This document shows, piece by piece, positions 29,652 through 39,988 of a DNA stretch of 64,000 bases. The position numbers and the translations under genes were made by a program. Numbering within the stretch: the stretch's first letter is position 1; each line of letters opens with the position of its first letter. The notes under the pieces are model-generated. The model was not told the origin of the DNA. It saw only the letters and a program-made list of their open reading frames with translations, and ran no database searches. The stretch is from Alphaproteobacteria bacterium (GTDB taxonomy: Bacteria > Pseudomonadota > Alphaproteobacteria > MPNO01 > UBA830), in the NCBI GenBank assembly GCA_964291215.2, contig OZ219791.1, positions 3,200,001-3,264,000 of the forward strand. Reading direction: 5' to 3'.

Positions 29652-32495
29652 ATGACGCCGGACGCGTTCATCGCCAAGTGGCGGGCGTCGGAATTGAAGG
29701 AACGCTCGGCGTCGCAGGAGCATTTCATCGACCTGTGCCGCCTGCTGGGTGAGCCGACGCCGGCGGAAGCCGACCCGGTGGGCGAACAGTACTGCTTCGA
29801 GCGCGGGGCGCGGAAGGACAGCGGCGGCGACGGCTGGGCCGATGTGTGGAAGCGCGGCTGCTTCGCCTGGGAGTACAAGGGCAAGCACGCCGACCTCGAC
29901 GCGGCGTTCAACCAGCTTCGCCAGTACGCGCTTGCGCTGGATAACCCGCCGCTGCTGATCGTCTCGGACATGGCGCGGTTCCGCATCCGCACCAACTGGA
30001 CCAACAGCGTGAGCGAGACGCACGAGTTCACGCTCGACGATCTGGCCGACGGCGCGACCCGCGACAAGCTCAAATGGGCGATGTCGGACCCGGAGCGGCT
30101 GCGGCCGGGTGAGACGCGACAGGCGGTGACGGAACGCGCGGCGGCGACCTTCGCGGCGCTTGCGCAGGGCTTGCGCGAGCGGGGCCACGTTCCGCAGGCG
30201 GTGGCGCATTTCGTGAACCGGCTCGTGTTCTGCATGTTCGCGGAGGATGTGGACCTGCTGCCGGGCAGCATGTTCACCCGGATGCTGGAACAGGCGCGGA
30301 GGCAGCCCGACGAATTCGCCGAACTGGCGGGCGATCTGTTCAGCGCAATGTCCACAGGTGGCCGGATCGGCTTTGAATCGGTGGCCTGGTTCAACGGCGG
30401 TTTGTTCGACGACGACGCGGCGTTGCCCCTCGACCGCGCGGGGATCGAGACGGCGCTCAAGGCCGCGGCGCTCGACTGGTCGGAGATCGACCCGTCGATT
30501 CTCGGCACGTTGTTCGAACGCGGCCTCGATCCGGACAAGCGCTCACAACTCGGGGCGCACTACACCGACCGCGACAAGATCATGGATATCGTCAAGCCGG
30601 TGATCGTCCGTCCGCTGCTCGCGGAATGGAAGACGGCGAAAGCCGAAATCACGGCCTTGGTCGAGCGCGCCGATGCGACCGGTTCGCCAGCAACCCGGAC
30701 ACGGCTGCAGCGCCGGGCGAACGAGGCGTTGCGCGTCTTCCTCGAACGGCTGCGGCAGTTCACTGTGCTCGATCCGGCCTGCGGGTCGGGCAACTTCCTC
30801 TATCTCGCGCTGCACGCGCTCAAAGACATTGAGCATCAGGTCCAGCTCGAAGCGGAGGTCCTCGGCCTTCCGCTCGGGTTCCCGGCAGTGGGCCCGCCGA
30901 ATGTGAAAGGCATTGAGATCAACCCCTATGCGGCGGAGCTTGCCCGCGTGTCGGTGTGGATCGGAGAAATCCAGTGGATGCGGCGTAACGGCTTCGGCGC
31001 CTCGACCGATCCGGTTCTCAAGCCGCTCGACACCATCGAATGCCGCGACGCGATCCTCGCGCCGGACGAGAGCGAGCCCGAGTGGCCGAGGGCCGATGTC
31101 GTGATCGGCAATCCGCCGTTTCTTGGGGACCGGATGATGCGAGGCGGTTTGGGCCACGAATACACCGAGCGTTTGCGCCAAGCCTATCGGGGTTCGGTGC
31201 CAGCCTCCGCCGATCTGGTCTGCTACTGGTTCGCCAAGGCTGGCGCGCTGGTGGGCCGAGGCGAGATCGCCCGTGCCGGCTTGGTCGCGACGAACTCGAT
31301 CCGGGGCGGCAACAACCGTCCCATCCTCGATCGGATCGTCGCCGACAGCGCCATATTCGACGCTTGGTCGGACGAACCCTGGGTGGTCGACGGCGCGGCG
31401 GTGCGGGTGTCGCTAGTGTGTTTCGGCCCGCGCGACGCCGACCTTCCCATCTCGCTGAACGGACAGCCAGCACCCCTGATCCGCGCTGACCTGACCGAAG
31501 ATGGAATCGACTTGACCGCGGTCGCGCGGCTGGATTGCAACAGGGTCGTTGCATTCTTGGGCGTCTACAAGAACGGCCCGTTCGACATTCCGGGTGATCG
31601 GGCGTGGGAGTGGCTCTCCCTGCCGGCCAACCCGAACGGCCGTCCGAACGCCGATGTCCTCAAGCCGAGGGTCAACGGCATGGATTTGACCCGGCGTTCC
31701 GCGGGCAACTGGATCGTCGATTTCGGCGAGGATATGAGCGAAGCCGAGGCCGCGCTTTACGAAGCGCCGTTTGCGCACATACTCAAGCATGTGAAGCCGG
31801 TGCGCCTCGGCAGGCGGCGGGAGAGACATCGAAGATACTGGTGGCGGCATGGAGAAACCCGTCCGGGCATGTGGCGGGCGCTCGACGGACTGTCCCGCTT
31901 TATTGCGACGCCGACCGTTTCCAAGCATCGGCTGTTCGTCTGGCTTGAGGCAGGCGTCTGTCCCGACCACCAGCTTATCGCCATCGCCCGCGACGACGAT
32001 GTTACCTTCGGCATCCTGCACAGCCGGTTTCACGAGGCTTGGTCCTTGCGGCTGGGGACGTGGCTCGGCAAGGGCAACGATCCGCGCTACACGCCGACCA
32101 CCACCTTCGAGACCTTCCCCTTCCCGGGGGGCCTCTCGCCGGATATTCCCGCCGCCGACTACGCTGCCGACCCGCGCGCCGTCGCCATCGCCGAGGCCGC
32201 GCGGCGACTGGTGGAGTTGCGCGACCGCTGGCTCAACCCGCCGGAATGGGTGACGTGGGTGGACGAGCCGGCGCGGGGCTATCCGAAGCGCCCGGTTGCT
32301 CGCGACGAAGTGGCGGCAAAGCACCTCAAGACCCGCACGCTGACCAACCTCTACAACGCCCGCCCCCAATGGCTCGCCGACGCCCACGCCGAGCTCGACG
32401 CCGCCGTCGCGGAAGCGTATGGCTGGGATACGGATCTGAGTGAGGAGGAGGCGCTTGGAAAGTTGCTGGCGTTGAACTTGGCAGCCGAAGACTGA
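29652..32495 (+). CDS. MmeI-like (Type IIL/IIG) restriction-methylase
   Basis: ATG 29652; WADVWKRGCFAWEYKG nuclease motif, WFNGGLF, GAHYT, LDPACGSGNFL, IGNPPFLG, RYTPTTTFETFPFP, LDAAVAEAYGW. Confidence 0.9.
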   Translation: MTPDAFIAKWRASELKERSASQEHFIDLCRLLGEPTPAEADPVGEQYCFERGARKDSGGDGWADVWKRGCFAWEYKGKHADLDAAFNQLRQYALALDNPPLLIVSDMARFRIRTNWTNSVSETHEFTLDDLADGATRDKLKWAMSDPERLRPGETRQAVTERAAATFAALAQGLRERGHVPQAVAHFVNRLVFCMFAEDVDLLPGSMFTRMLEQARRQPDEFAELAGDLFSAMSTGGRIGFESVAWFNGGLFDDDAALPLDRAGIETALKAAALDWSEIDPSILGTLFERGLDPDKRSQLGAHYTDRDKIMDIVKPVIVRPLLAEWKTAKAEITALVERADATGSPATRTRLQRRANEALRVFLERLRQFTVLDPACGSGNFLYLALHALKDIEHQVQLEAEVLGLPLGFPAVGPPNVKGIEINPYAAELARVSVWIGEIQWMRRNGFGASTDPVLKPLDTIECRDAILAPDESEPEWPRADVVIGNPPFLGDRMMRGGLGHEYTERLRQAYRGSVPASADLVCYWFAKAGALVGRGEIARAGLVATNSIRGGNNRPILDRIVADSAIFDAWSDEPWVVDGAAVRVSLVCFGPRDADLPISLNGQPAPLIRADLTEDGIDLTAVARLDCNRVVAFLGVYKNGPFDIPGDRAWEWLSLPANPNGRPNADVLKPRVNGMDLTRRSAGNWIVDFGEDMSEAEAALYEAPFAHILKHVKPVRLGRRRERHRRYWWRHGETRPGMWRALDGLSRFIATPTVSKHRLFVWLEAGVCPDHQLIAIARDDDVTFGILHSRFHEAWSLRLGTWLGKGNDPRYTPTTTFETFPFPGGLSPDIPAADYAADPRAVAIAEAARRLVELRDRWLNPPEWVTWVDEPARGYPKRPVARDEVAAKHLKTRTLTNLYNARPQWLADAHAELDAAVAEAYGWDTDLSEEEALGKLLALNLAAED

Positions 32496-32517
32496 TCCAA
32501 AGAAAGCGTAGCAGGCT

Positions 32518-32925
32518 ATGAAACGACATTGTTGCCGAAATTGCCACTTCCTTGCTAAGGAACATGCGGATCGTACGGGAGCAAGACTTTCCTTTTCTTG
32601 GAATGACGAAGAAAGGGGAAATATGGAAGTGAAGGACGACTATGCGGCGAAATGTGCTGAAGGCGTCTGGGATACAGGGATCAATCAAAATTTAAATGCA
32701 TGTTTGCGCGAGATATTGATGAAAAACAGGAAAAATGCTTGCTTCTTTATAGAGGTGCAGCAGGGAATGTCATTCGATGCTGCTCGAAAGATTCATCGTA
32801 TCAAAAGCGAAAATAGAAATTTGAAAAGAAGCTATCGTTATACCCAAATAGGTTTATGGATCGCTGCGTGCAGCCTTCTGGCAAATTCAATTTACTTGAT
32901 TCTAAGAGATTCCCCCGTTCCATAG
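32518..32925 (+). CDS. Hypothetical Cys-rich protein with a C-terminal transmembrane helix
   Basis: 135 aa, visibly AT-rich versus its flanks; CCRNCHFL, further Cys residues, hydrophobic IGLWIAACSLLANSIYLIL; 22 bp downstream of the MmeI-like gene. Confidence 0.65.
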   Translation: MKRHCCRNCHFLAKEHADRTGARLSFSWNDEERGNMEVKDDYAAKCAEGVWDTGINQNLNACLREILMKNRKNACFFIEVQQGMSFDAARKIHRIKSENRNLKRSYRYTQIGLWIAACSLLANSIYLILRDSPVP

Positions 32926-33712
32926 TGAAGTGCAACACATGATGGGCTGTGGTCATGTGTTTTTAGACGCATGATGTTGCGGAGCGGTAGCGGCGAGAGT
33001 TCCTGTACAAGATGAAGGGAGCTTGTTCATGTCCAAAGGCTACCGTCACCTACGAAGAGCGATGCCAGATTGAGGCAGAAAAGCGGTCTTTCACAAGGTG
33101 CGATTGCTCGGCAGCTGGGCCGATCAACAATTTTCCGGGAGATCAAGCGCAACACCGGGGGACGGGGTTACCGTCACAAGCAGGCGCAAAGGATGGCAGA
33201 AACGCGCCGCAGGGCCGCCTCGTCTGTTTCTTGGCGGTTGACGCCTCGGGTTGAGGCTCAGAAAAAGCTGCGGGAGGGCCCCGAGCAGCGGCCGTTTTCG
33301 ACTGGAGGGCCGTGGGTCGGCAACGGATCCATGATCGCCGAAGATCGGAGAGCCGGGGGCGTCTTGTGGAAGAAGCTTCGGCGGCGCGGCAAGAAGCCGA
33401 ACTGGAAGGGTGGATGCCATTCCGGCCGGGTGGACATTTCCGAGCGCCCTGCGGAGGCAAAGGAACGGGTTGGCGACCGGGAGCCATCATCGGCAAAGCT
33501 CACAGTGGAGCTGTCGTGTCGATCGTGCCACGAAATACGCCTTGCTGGGTGGACAGAAAGACACGGTTGGTTCGGTCATGATCCGCCTGCTCGGCTCTGG
33601 TGCGCTATTGGTCCACACAATCACGTCAGACAACGGAGTTCGCAGACCACAGGCGTGTCGCACTTGACGCAGATTTCTTCTTCGCCTTTCCATTCCTGGG
33701 AGCGCGGCGGCT

Positions 33713-36700
33713 GGTACTGTAACTTGATGTCTGGAAATTTGTCTGAGGTTTGCGCTTTGAGGCGTTTCACTGGGGGGCTAGCCCTGCCGTGTCATGACAA
33801 ATCTGGTTGACAATGGTTTACGTGTTCACGCGTGTCTTTGTCTATCCCGGAACCCGATTTCCCGGCCGATTTGGTGACCCAGTGCGACGCTGGTGTGTCT
33901 GGCCACATGATCTGGTGACCCGGGCGTGCTGCGGTAGCCGCCGAGATGGGCGACCAGGTGCACCGCATCGGCGAGACGCTCCGGTTCCTTCAGGGCGTAC
34001 TTGTGTGCGTAGTCGCGCGAGTTCGCTGTCGGTGAACATCAGCTGCGGCTCGCACCTGGCGGCCGAGCAGGGTCATGACCATGATGCGCCATGCGATGAC
34101 GGCGTTGATCGCCCGCTGCAGGCGGTGCGGAACAGCAGGTGTTCCACCCTGCATCCGGATTTGAGCACGTAATCCTCGATTCGCCAGCGCTGAAGGTAGA
34201 AGCCGACGATGTCGGCCGCCTCCTTCGCAGTGCCAACCCGCACGGTGGTCAGCAGGCACCACGGGATCCTCACCCTCGGGCGGTCCCTGACCCCGTGCAG
34301 GGACACCGGCTTCGCGCTGGGGGCGGTGCCCGTCACGGGTGACGGACCGTAACTCGCCAGGCGCTTCTGTCGCGCGGGCCTTCTTCCGGCTGGCTTGCTC
34401 CGTCAGTCCCTCGATCTCAATCAGGCCTGCACCGCCGGCCATGACGGCGAACAGCCTTCCCTCCTTCAGCACCCTGTCATGCTTGGCGCGCAGATCGACG
34501 CGGGGCAAGCGCGTGTCGAACAGCTCGAAGATGTCGGCTTCCCGACGGAGATGACGCGCGTCTTGCCGCCGGGGTGGCAGCGCCTTGAACCCCTCGAGCC
34601 AGCGCTGCGGCGTGTCTCCTTCTCCTGCGACCGGGGCTTCACCGGACCCAGCACCCCGAGTGGCAGGTCAGTCACCGCCAGGGTCGCGTGCAGGTGCAGG
34701 CTTGAGGCCCCGGTCTGGTTCTCACCTGCAGGCCGTCGCAGCCGGGAGAAGTTCAGGTCCGTGCCGCAAGAACCGTCTTCTGGCCACGGATGCGCCGGAT
34801 GCTGCGCTCACGGTGCGGCGCAAGAATGTTCGCCGGCGTGATCTCCGAGGGCGACCATCCGGTAAAACGCATTGATCGCGGTGTTGTCGGCGCTGGGAGA
34901 CGCATTGATCTTCTGACCGGCCGCCAGAAGGCCGGCGCTCCAGGCGCGCAGAAAGTCGCTTGTCACCCCCCTCCAAACTCGTTCTGCGCCCAGTCGTTCA
35001 GACCTTCGCCCGGCGAGGGCGCATGATCGACCTCCCCAGCTTCCTGCGCCACGAGCGCTCCAGTTCGGCCACGAAGACCGTCTTCACCGTCTCCCAGTGC
35101 TCCCGGTCCTGCCGGCCTTCGGTCCTGCACAGGAAGTTGGCCGCGCGCAGGCAGGGTAACCTTCATCGGCAAAACTGAGCCATGGTCGAAACGGTCCTCG
35201 AAGTCACGCGGCGCAGGATGCGCACATGGCTGGGCGGGCAGAGCACCTGATCAAGAAACGGCTCAGACAGACGATCCGCTGCAGGTGGTTCCGGCGCTGC
35301 CCGTCGTTCCATCCAGCGGTCCCGCGCCGCGCGGCGGCGGCAAACCCCGCCACCCGTGCGCCGAGCCCACGAGATATTGGCAGCCGGCGAAGGTCGTCGC
35401 GGGTGTTCACGCGCAATCAGCGTGACCGCCCGGTCAATACGATCCCCGACCACGATGATCCCGAATGCGCGCGCCGGAACCTCTGCAGCGATATCATCCA
35501 CCAACAGGCGAGGCCGGCGGTCGATTGTCGGTGACTTCGGCGCCGGCAGGACGATCTCCGGGCGCCCAGCGCCCTCAGGCAGCCGGCAAGCTGCAGACGG
35601 CCGCGCGCGTCGACAAAGGCAAACTCCTCGCAGACGACCCAGAGCCGACCGGCTGTCGAACTGCTCACAGGACAGCAGCGACGCGATCCGCGCAACTGCT
35701 GCCTCGTCCCGCAATGTGCGGCTGATCTGAGACTGTGACATGGGACACTTATGCCACGCCGAAACACCGTTGTCCAGCTAAAATTTCCGTGACATGCGAG
35801 GGCTAGCCCCCCAGTGAAATGCGGCGCCATCGTGCTATCCCATGGAGTTGAAAAACATTCATGGAGGAAGCGAATGGAGCTGCGACACACTACGACGATT
35901 GAGGCCGTTTTGGAACATCTGATCGCAAACGGAGCAACGGATCTGGGGCGGGTCTTTGGTCAGCTCTTCGAGCTTGCGATGCAAATCGAGCGCGAGCAGC
36001 ACTTGAAAGCGGGCCGCTACGAACGGACACCGGAACGACAGGGCTATGCCAACGGCTACAAGCGGATCGACACCCCCACTGTTACCGTTCAGGTACCAAA
36101 CGGTCACGGGGACGACCCCCCAGTCGCTTGAACGCGGCCAGCGATCTTCTCGCGCCGTAGCCGAGATGTACATCAAGGGTGTTTCCACACGGCAGGATGT
36201 AATGCGCGAGTTCGGGAGCCTGTCCTCTTCTCAGGTCAGCCGGGCCACCAAGTTGCTCGATGAAGAACTCGCCGCGCAACCGGCCCCTGATGAAATACCT
36301 GATCCTGGATGCGCGCTACGAAAAAGCCCGCCATGACGGCGTTGTGCGCGATGTTGCAGTGCTCTCGGCCATCGGAATAGGGGCTGCAGGCACGTTCTGG
36401 GGCTCTCTGTGGCGCTCTCCGAGGCCGAGGTCCATTGGAGAGCCTTCCTGGAAAGCTTGCTAGCCCTGCATGGTACGACCTTCATCGTCTCGGATGCCGG
36501 GCTGAAAGCGGCACGGTGCTGGGCGCGGCGACGTGGCAGCGCTGCCAGTTCCACCTGGCGCAAAACGCCGTGCACCGAACAACGACATCAGGAAACGTAT
36601 TGGACAACAGCTCGGAGCCATGCGTCCTCACTCCAAACCGCCGAGGCTGAACTGGGCGCCCTCGTGGCCAGCTATCGCGACAAGCATCCAGGCTTCCTGG

Positions 36701-36970
36701 CTGGAAAAGAATGCGGGGCTCGCTGTCTTCACCTTGCCCGATGCTCACCGCAAACGTATGCGAACCTCGAACGGCATCGAGCGACCGATCCAGCAAGAGC
36801 TCAAGCGGCGCACCTCCAAAGTCAGGGTCTTTCCGAACCTCGCCTCGTTGGAGCGCCTCTCAACCGCGGTCCTCATCGACGAAAAATGGGAAACCGAAAC
36901 CAAGATCAAATGGGAACAGCTCGATGACTGAGAGCTTCACGACAATTTCCAGACATCAGGTTGCGTAATC
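33713..36970 (+). mobile_element. IS256-family element, copy 2 (transposase pseudogene ~35874-36931), interrupted by IS4
   Basis: Same ends as 8588-9807; 33713-33783 and 35801-36970 join into a full copy; approximate target duplication GCGCGGCT. Confidence 0.88.
33784..35800 (-). mobile_element. IS4-family (Tn5/IS50-like) element with N-terminal DUF4338/DruA-like region, degenerate
   Basis: Imperfect inverted ends, GGCTAGCC duplicated on both sides; fragments FVDARGRLQLAGC, LIAREHP, IVCLSRFLIR, then WAQNEFGG, GDKRLSARL, WCLLTT, YLQRWRIEDY, LKSGCRVE, AVIAWRIM. Confidence 0.78.
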
Positions 36971-37589
36971 GCGCGGCTTGAATGAGCACACCAACGGCCT
37001 GGTGCGGGAGTACTTCCCGAAGGGCACGGACTTTCGCGCGACATGCAACGAAGATGTTCAGAAGGTACAGGATCGGCTCAACACTCGGAAAGTCCTGGGA
37101 TCGCCGACGGAGGTAATCTTGAAGTGAAACCGCCCTGACCATCTGCGTTCCGCAGCCGCAACGTGCAGCAGGGTCCATGCTGCGCGACGGCGAAATAGTG
37201 GCTTGAAGCCGACAAAGGCGTTGCATAAGCTCGATGTTGAAGGAACTGAAGCTGTTCCCAGGCGGAATCGAGAGGGGCAGAGGGGGAAAATTTGTGCAGC
37301 ATCCGGCCCTCATCTCCGTTCGGACTACGCCCTCACTGCGATGAGGGCCGGATGTTGCACTTCAGACTGGAAGTGGGGTCGTTGAACTTCCTGTAACACT
37401 TCTGCCCGGTTCATTGCGCTTCCTTTCGGGGGCGCGAAGATACCGGACAGATCGCATGTTAGCGACAGATTCCGATTTGAACATTGCCTGTACCTGTCTT
37501 CGAGAGTAGGGTCTAATTGTAAAAGTTGAGCGCCGATTTGGTCGCAAATGCGATCAAAGGCTGCTGCGACCGGAGGGAAAGGAAACGGA

Positions 37590-38831
37590 ATGTCCCAGAA
37601 CCGGGTGTATCTGTTGGGTGGATATCAGTCCGATTTCAAAAAAGCGTATCAGTGTACCGGCATCGACCTGAAGTTCCTGATGGGAGAGGCTGTCGATGGC
37701 GCCATGACGGCGACGGGCATCGAGCCTGAGGATGTCGAGGTCGCTCACGTCGGTAATTTTGTGGCCGAGCTTTTCTGCGGTCAGGGGCAACTGGGCGGCT
37801 TCTTCGCGGCGCTTCACCCGGAATTTTCCGGCCTGCCGGCTTCCCGGCATGAAGGGGCGTGTGCGTCCGGCAGCCTGGCGGCGCTGGCGGCCCAAGCGGA
37901 TATAAAGGCGGGGCACTACGATCTGGCGTGTGTCCTAGGCGTGGAAATGATGCGGCATACCGATGCGCAAACCGCTGCAAACAACCTGGCCGCGGCCGCG
38001 CATATCGGCGCCGAGGGCGAGGAGGCGCAATGGATGTGGCCCTGGATGTTCGACAAGTTGGGCGAAGAGTACGATCGTCGATATGGCCTGAAGTACGAGC
38101 ATCTTGCGGCGATCGGCGAAACCAACTTCGGCAATGCCCGGACCAACCCGAATGCGCAGGCCCGGGAATACCGGTTTTTCGAGAACAGTTTCACCCAGGA
38201 CGACGAGGCAAATCCGATCATCGAAGGGATGATCCGAAAGCAGGATTGCGGACAAATCACCGACGGCGCGGCCTGTGTTTTTCTTGCGTCCGAATCCTAT
38301 GCGAAGGACTACGCCGCCAGACGCGGCACGAGCCTTGAGGACACTCCCTATATCAAGGGCTGGGGCCACCGGACCGTGACGATCCGGCTGGAAGACAAGC
38401 TCAAGGAGCAGCACAACAGCCCTTACGTCTTTCCACATGTGCGCGGCACCCTGACCGACGCCTACGGGCGTGCGGGAATTGCCGGGCCGGAAGATCTTGA
38501 TGTCATCGAGACGCACGACTGCTTCACCACTACCGAATATATGGCGATCGATCATTTCGGTATCACAAGGCCGGGCGAAAGCTGGAGAGCGGTGGAAGAC
38601 GGTACGATTCGGCGCGACGGGAAGCTGCCGGTCAACCCGTCGGGCGGGCTCATCGGCGGTGGCCATCCGGTCGGTGCCACCGGAGTCCGCATGCTGGTTG
38701 ACGCTTACAAGCAGGTAACCGACACCGCCGACGGGTACCAAGTGGAAGGCGCAAAGACCGCCGCAACGCTCAATATCGGCGGATCGTCAACGACCATGGT
38801 CAGCTTCATCGTCTCCGCCGGCTCCGCCTGA
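37590..38831 (+). CDS. Acetyl-CoA acetyltransferase (SCP-x type thiolase)
   Basis: RHEGACASG, DCGQITDGAA, ETHDCF, NPSGGLIGGGHPVGATG, LNIGG. Confidence 0.93.
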   Translation: MSQNRVYLLGGYQSDFKKAYQCTGIDLKFLMGEAVDGAMTATGIEPEDVEVAHVGNFVAELFCGQGQLGGFFAALHPEFSGLPASRHEGACASGSLAALAAQADIKAGHYDLACVLGVEMMRHTDAQTAANNLAAAAHIGAEGEEAQWMWPWMFDKLGEEYDRRYGLKYEHLAAIGETNFGNARTNPNAQAREYRFFENSFTQDDEANPIIEGMIRKQDCGQITDGAACVFLASESYAKDYAARRGTSLEDTPYIKGWGHRTVTIRLEDKLKEQHNSPYVFPHVRGTLTDAYGRAGIAGPEDLDVIETHDCFTTTEYMAIDHFGITRPGESWRAVEDGTIRRDGKLPVNPSGGLIGGGHPVGATGVRMLVDAYKQVTDTADGYQVEGAKTAATLNIGGSSTTMVSFIVSAGSA

Positions 38832-38952
38832 GCCGGCGAACCGCCCTCCGAAAATGCGCCCGGCGGTCGCCCGCAACTTTCGGTGGGTTACAGGTTGCTG
38901 GCGTGTCGGGCAAAACGAAACAGTATTATAAAGTCATCACGGACTGTGCGAA

Positions 38953-39957
38953 TTGACTTCGCTACAACTATCGCAATCCTTGGAAACAGCGCCGGAACTC
39001 TCGATCGACTCCCGCGATTCCGATGCCTGTCACGCCGCCCTGTCCGCCGCGCTCGTGCGCTTCAACAACATATTCGGCGATCCCTGGTCGATTCTGATCC
39101 TGCGAGACTGCTTTCTGGGGATCAGCCGTTTTCAGGAGTTTCGCGACAGCACGGGGGTCACGCGGCAAACGCTCAGCGCACGTTTGAAGGAGTTGACCCG
39201 TCACGGTGTCTTGCGCCGCGTCCGTTACAATGAGCGACCTGCGCGATACGAATATCGACTGACGTCGAAGGGGCTCGATCTCCACCGATTCGCCTACGCT
39301 GTCTGGAAATGGAGCGTCGACTGGTCCCTATCGCCGTCTACGCTTCCGACAATCCTGTTTCACCGGAAGACACTCCAGCCTGTGACCCCGGTGTTGGCCT
39401 GCAGCAATTGCCAGATACCCCTTGTGCTGAAAGACCTGGTTATGGGGGCCGTCGGGCGCGAGTTAGTCGATGTGCAACTCAACCGGCGGGCGCGGCGCTG
39501 GGCCGGCAATACCGCGACGGCCACCATTGGCGACACGTTGTTCGGCAAGCGAACCTTCATTATCGGCGATCGGTGGGTCGGCCTGATCCTCGCCAGCGTG
39601 CTGTTGGGCGTACATTCTTTCGACCGTTTGGCCGACCGACTTGGCATCGCGACCAACATCCTGACGCACCGCCTCAAGATGCTGACGGAATACGGTCTCC
39701 TGTCGGCGCCGGTCTACGACCCGGACCAACGATGCTACGACTATCGGCCGACACAGGAAACAGCGGCCCTTGTCCCGCTGTTCCTCTCGGTGTCGGAATG
39801 GGTGGCGCGATGGGAAACGCCGGTTGGCTTGGCGCATCCGGTATGGTGGCACAGGCCCTGCGGCGAGGCGATTGAAACCTGCCTTGTCGACGAAACGTTC
39901 GGCTGTCGCCTTTTGGTCTCGGATATTCGGTTTTCGGCGTCCGTAAAGGATCGATAA
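38953..39957 (+). CDS. HxlR-family winged-helix regulator with two tandem domains
   Basis: GDPWSILILRDCFLGISRF...EYRLTSKGLDL and GDRWVGLIL...IATNILTHRLK. Confidence 0.88.
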   Translation: MTSLQLSQSLETAPELSIDSRDSDACHAALSAALVRFNNIFGDPWSILILRDCFLGISRFQEFRDSTGVTRQTLSARLKELTRHGVLRRVRYNERPARYEYRLTSKGLDLHRFAYAVWKWSVDWSLSPSTLPTILFHRKTLQPVTPVLACSNCQIPLVLKDLVMGAVGRELVDVQLNRRARRWAGNTATATIGDTLFGKRTFIIGDRWVGLILASVLLGVHSFDRLADRLGIATNILTHRLKMLTEYGLLSAPVYDPDQRCYDYRPTQETAALVPLFLSVSEWVARWETPVGLAHPVWWHRPCGEAIETCLVDETFGCRLLVSDIRFSASVKDR

Positions 39958-39988
39958 CGCCGCGACGCCGACCCGCGCTGGTCCCTTC

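Larger units (their letters stand above)
32912..37378 (+). mobile_element. IS30-family element (degenerate), interrupted by IS256
   Basis: Inverted ends CCCCCGTTCCATAGTGAAGTGCAACA (32912-32937) / TGTTGCACTTCAGACTGGAAGTGGGG (37353-37378); TYEERCQI, IARQLGRS, TITSDNG, PFHSWERG, resuming after 36970 with NEHTNGLVREYFPKGTDF. Confidence 0.85.
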
